Below, in pieces: positions 56,456 through 64,000 of a DNA stretch of 64,000 nt. The position numbers were made by a program, and so were the translations under genes. The stretch is taken from positions 1 to 64,000 of the IMG/VR virus record IMGVR_UViG_3300035698_007246. The stretch is one strand, 5' to 3'. This stretch comes from a virus. Position 1 is the first letter of the stretch, and each line of letters opens with the position of its first letter. The notes beneath the pieces were generated by a model. The model was not told the DNA's origin. It saw only the letters and a program-made list of their open reading frames with translations, and made no database searches.

Positions 56456-57087
56456 TGGATATAAGAAAGACTCGGAACTATTCTTTTTATGTTCGAGACA
56501 ATGTAGAAGTTAGATGTTATCCTGTTAAAATTGCATTGACATTAAATACGTATGAGTTTAAATATAATACAGACGCATTGATTTGTTTTGCGTCAAATCA
56601 AGATATACTTCCTAAGCTCTATGATGTTTATCATTTGGATACATTTTTGCAGAATGGGTTTCAAGCAGTGGCAGGAATGAAACGTGGGTATGTTGGTATT
56701 GATAAATCGGATGGCCTTACCAATGATACAATTGGTAAATTATATGATAATAGTATTAATTCATTTAAACATAATTATGATGGTGCGAATCTTATCTGGG
56801 GAACTAAAATACTACACGATGGGTGTATAGAGATGATACCGGGATATGCTAAAGGTGTTGATATGATACATAATTACTTTGTGTTCAGATACCTCTACCA
56901 TAATCTGTATAGTGAAGGGTGTGGTCGTAGACGGGAGATATCTATCATCCTTGAAAAACGATTTCAACATTTAGAAAGCTGTGGTGTTTTACGATATGAA
57001 ATATCACGTCATGATTTCCATACTAAATTTGATTTTAAATTTATAAATGAAATCACAACCTATATAATAAACATAGGAGATGAATAA
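56452..57087 (+). CDS. hypothetical protein
   Basis: Coupled ORF. Confidence 0.4.
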   Translation: MMDIRKTRNYSFYVRDNVEVRCYPVKIALTLNTYEFKYNTDALICFASNQDILPKLYDVYHLDTFLQNGFQAVAGMKRGYVGIDKSDGLTNDTIGKLYDNSINSFKHNYDGANLIWGTKILHDGCIEMIPGYAKGVDMIHNYFVFRYLYHNLYSEGCGRRREISIILEKRFQHLESCGVLRYEISRHDFHTKFDFKFINEITTYIINIGDE

Positions 57088-57090
57088 AAT

Positions 57091-57735
57091 ATGCCAATAA
57101 AAATGCAGTGCTTTCAATGTGAGATTGAACACAAGTGTAAAAACAAACCACAGTCTGAATGTGTGGATTATAATTTGTTTTCTTCTGGTGGTGTGAAGGA
57201 ACTTCCAAATGCTGAACAAAAGAAGGCTCTTGCTGCACGTGGAGTTGAAGTTGATGAATATGGAATCGTAAAACTGAATGACAACTTTTCAATGGGGGAA
57301 TGTCATTTCTGTCATCGTGTTGACCACACGTTGATGTATCAGTATCTTGGTGAGAACATTTATTGTTGTAATGAATGTAAAGAAAAGATGGTTGCTAACA
57401 ATGATGACGCAACAATGAAACTCATTGATATGATATTTGCTGCTGAAAAGTTTGCGAAATATGAAAGGGTCGAACGTGGGATAGAAAGTATTGTGTGCGT
57501 GTTTGCAGGTGCGATACGTAAGTTCATGATGGGTGATACTAAACCACTACTTGATATGTGTAACATCACACAGGCAGTTGGTACAAAAGCAGGTGTGGTA
57601 GAATTAATTGATAGCGGTCTACTGAATAAGAAAGAATTAGATTATCTTAAAGCAGACATTGAAGCTCAAGGTGACCGTATTGAATACGAGCAGTCTCTTA
57701 AGTTAACAGATGAGAGTGGGGATGATGATGACTAA
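57091..57735 (+). CDS. Cys-rich protein (paralog A)
   Basis: CFQCEIEHKC and CHFCHRV...CCNECKEK clusters. C-terminal region similar to the next ORF (LLDMCNITQAVG versus LVDMANMSQALI). Confidence 0.4.
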   Translation: MPIKMQCFQCEIEHKCKNKPQSECVDYNLFSSGGVKELPNAEQKKALAARGVEVDEYGIVKLNDNFSMGECHFCHRVDHTLMYQYLGENIYCCNECKEKMVANNDDATMKLIDMIFAAEKFAKYERVERGIESIVCVFAGAIRKFMMGDTKPLLDMCNITQAVGTKAGVVELIDSGLLNKKELDYLKADIEAQGDRIEYEQSLKLTDESGDDDD

Positions 57736-58105
57736 AGAAGGTGTGTGTGATTTCTGTGGTGAATTTAAAGATGTTAATAGATTAAATACAGGACAGGTTA
57801 TTTGTGCCGACTGTATTAAAACTGAAGTTGGGTATAGTGTACAGAACACAACAAAGGTATCCGATGATATAATGCAATTGGCGGTGTTTAGTATTGAGGG
57901 AGATATAAACCCCACACTTAAAGTTATCATGGCTACATTGGGAGAAGCTCTTCGTTTGATGATATTAAAGAATAATATAGAACCATTGGTTGACATGGCA
58001 AATATGTCACAGGCTTTGATAGATAGACATTTCCCGTATGTGACCGACCCTAACTTGAAATCTGATGATAAGGATAGTAATGACAAATTACAAGACAAGA
58101 ATTAA
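57710..58105 (+). CDS. Cys-rich protein (paralog B)
   Basis: CDFCGEF...CADCIK. Overlaps upstream gene end. Confidence 0.4.
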   Translation: MRVGMMMTKEGVCDFCGEFKDVNRLNTGQVICADCIKTEVGYSVQNTTKVSDDIMQLAVFSIEGDINPTLKVIMATLGEALRLMILKNNIEPLVDMANMSQALIDRHFPYVTDPNLKSDDKDSNDKLQDKN

Positions 58106-58856
58106 GATTAAACATGATGGGGTAAAGAAGTACAATTTCTATACAAAGTCTGGTGAACAGGTTGCGATTGGTTATAACCGAATAGTATTTGGTGGTAGGG
58201 GTCCTTATATGGAGTTTACAAGAGAACAAATGATAAACTCTGCTATACATATTCCTAAAAGTAAAAAATGGAAGATGGAAGCTAAACATAAGGATACCGT
58301 CTTTTACTTTGAATTGAGAACCAACAAGGATGATGTGAAGGTTTACTATCAGAGAAGGTGTGTTGACTATGCTGATTACAAAGTAAACTATTTCTACATC
58401 TCCTCTTTTGATTTGTATGATAGTCATGAGAATGTTTTAATAGAACCATTACAACCAAAAACAATTCTTAACCCAAAGCCTAAGCGTGACCGTATCACTA
58501 AAGCACAACGTGATGGTTGTTATGATACAATCCATGAAGCGTTGACTGAACGGTTTGCAAAGCAGGATAAAATAAATAAAGACATGGTTAAGTTTTACTC
58601 CGGGAAGAAAAGTATCTTAGGTCACAAGTTAAAAGAAAAGGACAAGGTACTCAGTGTTTGTGTAATCCATACTGATAATATTATGTGTGAAGATTCTTAT
58701 GTGTCAGTTAGTTTTAAAAGTGTATTGTTGAGTGAGATTGATAGTATCAGTAAGAAATATTATCTTGTGACTAATGATAGAGATGATGTGGTGATTGTTG
58801 AATTTGAATATATGTTTATGGAAATATCTAAGAAGAAAATATTACAGGAGTATTAA
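58065..58856 (+). CDS. hypothetical protein
   Basis: 263-aa ORF overlapping the upstream gene. Confidence 0.4.
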   Translation: MIRIVMTNYKTRIKIKHDGVKKYNFYTKSGEQVAIGYNRIVFGGRGPYMEFTREQMINSAIHIPKSKKWKMEAKHKDTVFYFELRTNKDDVKVYYQRRCVDYADYKVNYFYISSFDLYDSHENVLIEPLQPKTILNPKPKRDRITKAQRDGCYDTIHEALTERFAKQDKINKDMVKFYSGKKSILGHKLKEKDKVLSVCVIHTDNIMCEDSYVSVSFKSVLLSEIDSISKKYYLVTNDRDDVVIVEFEYMFMEISKKKILQEY

Positions 58857-58857
58857 G

Positions 58858-59514
58858 ATGGAACAGTTAAAGAAAAGTGAAATGTATATCACACAAGAAG
58901 TCAGAGTTGTGCGGGTGGGTGATGGTAAAAATTTTTATGGAAAACTACGTGCACTAAGTGTAAAGAAAATTAAGATTATAAATAATGGATGTGTGCGTGA
59001 TTGGTTCTGGGGGGAGGTTGAAGTTTACAAAGCCGAACCTGATATATATATATATTATTGTGATGTTGATGGATGTAAAGCGAAAGCTGATTACTTTTAT
59101 GAGAAGGATGGTAAAGACTTTCATATTTGTGAACACCATAAAAATGAATCTGAAGATATAGATGAAGGCAAACTTTATATTCTTGAACAAACGGAATTAA
59201 AATTGGTGGAGAAGAAAACAGAACGTGGTTTTTCTACCATCGAATTCAAAGATAGATACAATGATAAGTGTAGTTTACAGAAGAGTAGTCTTGCAACAGA
59301 GAATGCTATCTGGTTTGGGATTGCTGACCCGAACCCACAGATAATGGCAAGTAAGACACCACAGGGTGGAACTGGATGGGTTTCATACAAAATACCAAGT
59401 GATGTGATGTTGTCAACTCGAATGCATTTATCACAGCTTCAGGTGAGACAATTGTTGCCAGTGCTTAAACATTTTGCAGAAACCGGAGAGGTTGATGGCA
59501 ATCCGAAAAGTTAA
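58858..59514 (+). CDS. hypothetical protein
   Basis: ATG one nt after upstream TAA. CDVDGC...CEHH cluster. Confidence 0.4.
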   Translation: MEQLKKSEMYITQEVRVVRVGDGKNFYGKLRALSVKKIKIINNGCVRDWFWGEVEVYKAEPDIYIYYCDVDGCKAKADYFYEKDGKDFHICEHHKNESEDIDEGKLYILEQTELKLVEKKTERGFSTIEFKDRYNDKCSLQKSSLATENAIWFGIADPNPQIMASKTPQGGTGWVSYKIPSDVMLSTRMHLSQLQVRQLLPVLKHFAETGEVDGNPKS

Positions 59515-59992
59515 AAAACAAAAGAAATTAAAAACAATAGATATTGAACTTGCGATAGTAAATTCTTTATTTAAAGTTAGGCGGTATTTAGTTACTCCTA
59601 ATGTATATTGGGGATTAAATTTTCACTATGAACTTGATATGGTTGTCGTTACGGGTGCTCGTTATGCATATGAGATAGAAATCAAAACAAGTAAAGCTGA
59701 TACTATAAGAGATAAAAAGAAGGCACATCAGCACATATCAAACAAAATCAAGTATCTTTACTTTGCTATACCCGACTATGGTGAAGATTGGATAGAACAT
59801 ATCCCGGAACGAGCTGGGATTATTTTAATTAAAAAGAAAAATAATGGTCATTTATTTGGTGAAATTGTTAGAAAACCTAAAATGAATAAAGGATGTCGAA
59901 AATTAACCGACCAAGAATATATGAAACTTGGTCAGCTAAATTCAATGAGATTATGGAATTTGAAGAAAAAATTAAAGAAGTTGAGTATCTGA
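59495..59992 (+). CDS. PD-(D/E)xK nuclease-fold protein (putative)
   Basis: ELDMVVV ... AYEIEIKTSKAD provides D...E-x-K in the usual spacing. Confidence 0.35.
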   Translation: MAIRKVKKQKKLKTIDIELAIVNSLFKVRRYLVTPNVYWGLNFHYELDMVVVTGARYAYEIEIKTSKADTIRDKKKAHQHISNKIKYLYFAIPDYGEDWIEHIPERAGIILIKKKNNGHLFGEIVRKPKMNKGCRKLTDQEYMKLGQLNSMRLWNLKKKLKKLSI

Positions 59993-60544
59993 TTTAATTA
60001 AGTTGTCTTGAGCTGATAATATCTGAAGATTGGAATAGTGGAAGCATTGTTCCTGCTCTTCAGGTTTAGATAAATCAAAAGAAATACATGGTTTGATATG
60101 GTCAACATGAAATTCTTGACCTGTATAGTTATTAATATCAAAGTCAGTGTATCCATTATCAATTGCGGTTTGTTGGAGATGTTCTTTGAGGTATTCAATT
60201 GAACAGCCTAACAGTTTAATTGTTGAATTTGATTTGTTTTTGCCTTCAAGGGCATACCATATTCTATTTCTTAAATTACATTTTAATTTGTAATTAATAT
60301 CTGACTTACGTTTTTTAATGTTTCTTTTTGATTGCTTTTGATTTAACTTTGTTTTATTTTTATTGTAGTATTGTTTATTGGTGTTTAAAATTTTATTTTT
60401 GTTTTCAACATAATTTTGTTTATGCCAATCTTTTCTACATATTTTGCAGTGGTTTCAATAACCATCTTTAGACGCTTTTCTTTTGTAAAATTCAGAAATG
60501 GGTTTAGTTTGATTGCACTTGGTGCATGTTTTTGTAGTAATCAT
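59966..60544 (-). pseudogene. HNH homing endonuclease with in-frame nonsense codon
   Basis: Minus-strand reading: MITTKTCTKCNQTKPISEFYKRKASKDGY-stop-NHCKICRK...FHVDHIKPCISFDLSKPEEQEQCFHYSNLQILSAQDNLIKSD. TGA where TGG is expected (DGYWNHC). Only non-+ gene of this size. Confidence 0.5.
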
Positions 60545-60665
60545 TGTAGATACTCCCTAATTAAGTTAAAAATAAATGAGAAGTAATCTTTTGAATTAGG
60601 CAAAAGAAATGGCTTGCAATCCACTGTCCTTCTCATATAATTATTTATACAAATTCAAATTAACT

Positions 60666-60695
60666 ATTGACATCATTTACACAATTAATTATATT
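60666..60695 (+). promoter_or_regulatory. sigma70-like promoter (TTGACA-N18-TATATT)
   Basis: ACTATTGACATCATTTACACAATTAATTATATT. Confidence 0.5.
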
Positions 60696-60722
60696 TTTTA
60701 TTTTAGAAAGGAGAGTTAGTTA

Positions 60723-61367
60723 GTGGTAGCAAAATGTTCGTATGTGATGCCATACAAAGAAATAACTAAAAAAAAAGAGCATGAATTAATATCAAATATA
60801 AAAACTGGATGTAAAGAATCTGAAAAGGAATTGTTTAATAATAAAATCAATCTTATTATAAAACTCATACAAAAATATTCTTTAAATAGTAATTGGATTG
60901 AAATGAATGACTTAATTCACGAGGCATATTTTGGGTTTAGGAAAGCTGTTGATAAATATAATGGGGAGTTTGCATTCAATACATATCTTCGTCAATGGGT
61001 TATCGCCAAAGCTCAAATGTTTTACCATAGAATCAAAGGTGGTATGAGCAATAAGACTCCGTATGTTAATAAACAGGTGTATATATTTGTTGGTGGGGAT
61101 ACTGGATATGATTTAATGTATTCTGATTACGATACAGAACCTGGATGGATGAGAGAACCTGACCCCATTGATTTTAATAGGTTCACTGAATTAACTAAAG
61201 GTGAACGGAGAGCTATTGATTTATATATTAATAAAAAGAAAACTGTGATTCAGATGGCAAAGGATAGGGGTGTGACGAAACAAGCTATATTTGGTGCGGT
61301 GTTGCGAGCCAAAACTAAATTAAAGAAACATTTTTTAAAAAATGTATTGACATACCCATCCCCATAA
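60723..61367 (+). CDS. sigma-70-family RNA polymerase sigma factor (regions 2 and 4)
   Basis: Region 2-like DLIHEAYFGFRKAVDKYNGEFAFNTYLRQWVIAKAQ. Region 4 HTH-like LTKGERRAIDLYINKKKTVIQMAKDRGVTKQAIFGAVLRAKTKLKK. AGGAGA RBS. Confidence 0.5.
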   Translation: MVAKCSYVMPYKEITKKKEHELISNIKTGCKESEKELFNNKINLIIKLIQKYSLNSNWIEMNDLIHEAYFGFRKAVDKYNGEFAFNTYLRQWVIAKAQMFYHRIKGGMSNKTPYVNKQVYIFVGGDTGYDLMYSDYDTEPGWMREPDPIDFNRFTELTKGERRAIDLYINKKKTVIQMAKDRGVTKQAIFGAVLRAKTKLKKHFLKNVLTYPSP

Positions 61368-61420
61368 CATATCTTTTAATGCGTATTGATTATTGTTGAA
61401 ATTTTAACAAAGGTGGTTCG

Positions 61421-61765
61421 ATGAGTTTTGTTGATAAAGATGGTAATGAAATTGAAACAGGTGATGTAGTTTATAGTATTTCATCTCCAAAGGTTCTTCG
61501 AGTTATTTCTAATGTTGAAGATGACCTTATTGGATTGTCTGATACTATGGATGTGAAAGGTATTCCATTTACCCAGAAAGCATTTCTTAATACAAAATGG
61601 CGTAAAAGGTTATCAACTTTCTTAGACGCTGACGGATATCCAGTATCGGTAAGCGACATCATTTATAATAAACAATTACCCAAATGTGAGAAAATAGTTA
61701 CTATATCATTTGATGATTCTATTATCATTGATGATAATACTACATTGTCTTCAGACCCACATTGA
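61421..61765 (+). CDS. hypothetical protein
   Basis: AAAGGTGG RBS. Confidence 0.4.
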   Translation: MSFVDKDGNEIETGDVVYSISSPKVLRVISNVEDDLIGLSDTMDVKGIPFTQKAFLNTKWRKRLSTFLDADGYPVSVSDIIYNKQLPKCEKIVTISFDDSIIIDDNTTLSSDPH

Positions 61766-61888
61766 TACAATCAAACAGAATTTAAAACATCTCAATGGAG
61801 AAAGAAGTTATATGAATAAATGTCCTGTATGTGGTGAACAATCCGAAGTAACATGTAAATGTCCTGCAAGTGAAAGTGACATGGTAAA

Positions 61889-62119
61889 ATGAAATTAAGA
61901 ACTCATAAAGGTAAATTCGTAACAATGTTCTTTGTGTGGGTGTATGCTATGGTGATGGTATTGCTTGCTCCAAACGGGTACTATGCTATGCGTAAAATAA
62001 TACATAATGATGGGTGGGTGTTAATTGGAGTTATTATTTCCGCGATTCATATAGTAACATTTGGAGTTTTAATTGTCTTCTTAATTATATGTGTTGTAAA
62101 ATGGTATACAAAATTATAA
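61889..62119 (+). CDS. small membrane protein
   Basis: Two TM helices. Confidence 0.4.
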   Translation: MKLRTHKGKFVTMFFVWVYAMVMVLLAPNGYYAMRKIIHNDGWVLIGVIISAIHIVTFGVLIVFLIICVVKWYTKL

Positions 62120-62127
62120 AATAACTA

Positions 62128-62156
62128 TTGACGTCACTTGTGTCATTAATTATATT
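62128..62156 (+). promoter_or_regulatory. sigma70-like promoter (TTGACG-N17-TATATT)
   Basis: ACTATTGACGTCACTTGTGTCATTAATTATATT. Confidence 0.5.
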
Positions 62157-62196
62157 GATGTATAAATTAATTAAACGTTTTCAAAGGAATTTAAAT

Positions 62197-62643
62197 ATGA
62201 AACAAAGAATTTATTTTATTAGTGGTCATCGAAAATTTAACGGTGACGATATTACAGGTGAAAAGTTTTTGGAACACTATCAAGAACAACTTGATAAGGC
62301 ATTAGAGAATCCTAATGCAAGGTTTGTTGTTGGAGACTGTAGCGGGATTGACTCATTTGCTCAATACTACTTAAAGTCTGCTGGTGCAGAGAATGTTGTT
62401 GTGTTCCACATGGGTGAAGACCCACGTAACAATGTTGGCTTTCCAACTATTAGTGGATTTAAAACTGATGAGAGCAGAGACAGTGCAATGACGGATGTTT
62501 CTGATGAAGACATCCTTTGGGTTGCTCCGAGTGCAGAAAATTCTGGTACAGACCAGAATCGTGTTCGTAGATTAAATCCTGCTAATACTTACATGCAGAA
62601 ATGTGTTAGACGCAATCATGAGATTGTTGTTGCAGGTCGATAG
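62197..62643 (+). CDS. hypothetical protein (possible SLOG/Rossmann-like, weak)
   Basis: IYFISGHRK ... FVVGDCSGIDSFAQ pattern. ATG after AAAGGAA RBS downstream of the promoter. Confidence 0.3.
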   Translation: MKQRIYFISGHRKFNGDDITGEKFLEHYQEQLDKALENPNARFVVGDCSGIDSFAQYYLKSAGAENVVVFHMGEDPRNNVGFPTISGFKTDESRDSAMTDVSDEDILWVAPSAENSGTDQNRVRRLNPANTYMQKCVRRNHEIVVAGR

Positions 62644-62992
62644 GTCGATAATGAATAAATCAAATATAATTAGATTGTTAATAGCGTTCGTGTTATTTAT
62701 TTTAATGATAACAATTGAGATTGATATCATTCAAGTTATATGTTTCTTCGGTGTGATATTTTTAAATGTCGAACCCTTATGGTATGGGTTAGTTCAAATA
62801 TTTAAAAGGAAGTAACATGGCAAGACGTAAGTGTGGTATTGAAAGTTGTGATGAGTTAGCAGAGTTCATAGATGATATGGATAACTATGTCTGTGAAGAC
62901 CACATGGAACAATCCATTGAGGAAGATGGAAAGGAAGCAGGGGATTTCGATTCGTTGTCTTCATTACCAGAGGAGTTTAGATATGAAATTTA

Positions 62993-63417
62993 AATCAAAT
63001 GTTGATTGGGGAGATTATGATTTGTGTAATGGGTATGCAAATCATAATATAACAACTGATGTTCATGGTAGTAAAGAAACTGCGTTCGCTATTTGTAAAA
63101 TGCTAAAGCGTGATGGTTTTGGTGGTCAGAAGGAACACTTCCCTAAGAAAGTATGGGTGAGTTGTATCTGTGATAAAGCAGAGGTGCGTGAGATTGTTGA
63201 GTATCAAAAACAATATGGTCTTGGGTATGCCGACGAATATAAACAAGTTAGTGATTGGTTAGAATCATTTGGTGATGAGTTTGAGTATGATTTTTTCTTA
63301 TGTAAAGTTGGTGAGATGAGGTCTTGTAAACTGGCATGTAGTGTTGGTAGATTCATTAATCCATTCTTACTTAGGATGAAGAAATATAGAAAAGGAAAAG
63401 ACTGGAAGGTCATTTAA
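62993..63417 (+). CDS. hypothetical Cys-rich protein
   Basis: ATG after AGGAG RBS. Preceded by a 58-aa Cys-containing micro-ORF (62817-62993). Confidence 0.35.
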
Positions 63418-63439
63418 ATTTAACAAAGGAGTAAAAGTT

Positions 63440-64000
63440 ATGGTCAACTTATTAGTTGGGGTTATTGTAGTAATCTTGTTGTATGTATTCAGAAAACAAA
63501 TACAAGCTATGTTCATTACAGGACAGAAGTTTGTGGATGCCCGCACTGATACATCAGTGAAAATTGAACAAGCAATCCGTATGCTTGCAAAGAAAAAAGA
63601 TAGTCTTATGACGACACATAAGTCAGTCAATGTTCAGATTGGGAAGTTAAAGATTCAGTGTTATAAGGAAATGGATACTGCAATGCAGACTGGTGGATTT
63701 AAAGTTGTTGCAATAGAAGACTGTACAAGTCCTCACCATGCAAATGAATTTATTGTTAAAGGTCGGGAATATGTTGTAGAGAAATTTTCTAAAGACGATA
63801 TGAAATATTATTCCTTTAAAGGATTTAAAACAAACTTTAGTATTAATATATTCGATATCGTAACTGAAAGCAAACATTTGAAACGCCAGAAGAGTTTGGT
63901 GAATCTTGTTAGTAAATACGAAAAACGATGTGGTGATGTTGTTTCAACAGTTAAAAAAATCAAAGGCCAGATTAGTTCACTTGAAGCTGATAAAGCATAC
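63440..64000 (+). CDS. membrane-anchored protein (3' partial, runs off window)
   Basis: AAGGAG RBS. N-terminal TM helix. No stop before the window end. Confidence 0.4.
   Translation, partial: MVNLLVGVIVVILLYVFRKQIQAMFITGQKFVDARTDTSVKIEQAIRMLAKKKDSLMTTHKSVNVQIGKLKIQCYKEMDTAMQTGGFKVVAIEDCTSPHHANEFIVKGREYVVEKFSKDDMKYYSFKGFKTNFSINIFDIVTESKHLKRQKSLVNLVSKYEKRCGDVVSTVKKIKGQISSLEADKAY

Noticed and set aside
1-64000. CRISPR arrays, rRNA genes, integrase/attachment sites
   Set aside because: No spaced direct-repeat arrays, no rRNA-like conserved stretches and no recombinase motifs were seen. tRNAs could not be identified by eye but cannot be excluded without a tRNAscan-type search, especially in the gaps at 9094-9900 and 43700-43790.

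Overview
This window reads as the accessory or early region of a large, AT-rich, virulent dsDNA phage. About 100 ORFs are packed almost entirely on the + strand, with short or overlapping junctions. At least 13 copies of one sigma70-type promoter (TTGACA-N17-TATATT, A-rich upstream) and several clean rho-independent terminators divide it into transcription units. I see no structural, packaging or replication-fork genes, no integrase, and no CRISPR or rRNA. No tRNA could be picked out by eye, so a tRNA scan is still needed.

The recognisable proteins fall into themes, all called from motifs rather than database hits:
- NAD+ re-synthesis: nicotinamidase PncA, a PncB-like phosphoribosyltransferase and the NAD synthetase NadE, plus an NAD-dependent ligase LigA.
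- ADP-ribose processing: a NADAR protein, a TARG1/DarG-like macro domain and two YpsA-like SLOG proteins (SMF/DprA-LOG-like Rossmann fold).
- RNA and tRNA end repair: an Rnl2-like RNA ligase, a T4 Pnk-like 5'-kinase, an HD phosphohydrolase and a Thg1-like 3'-5' polymerase.
- Signalling: a vWA / PP2C phosphatase / Ser-Thr-kinase-like TerY-P-type triad and a stand-alone receiver domain.
- Translation-related: a ribosomal bL12 C-terminal-domain homolog and a GatB/YqeY-domain protein.
- Others: thioredoxin, a QueC-like PP-loop ATPase, an RmlB-like dehydratase, an AAA ATPase, a UvrD-like helicase, patatin, SPFH, MBL-fold and calcineurin-like phosphoesterases, and a sigma-70-family factor.

There are also decayed selfish elements (two HNH endonuclease relics, a PD-(D/E)xK homing-endonuclease-like gene plus a minus-strand remnant) and a tandemly duplicated two-gene module built from 15-aa repeats.

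My reading is that this is a dense phage counter-defence island aimed at NAD-depleting, ADP-ribosylating and tRNA-cleaving host immunity. That interpretation is inference from the gene content, not something shown directly by the sequence.
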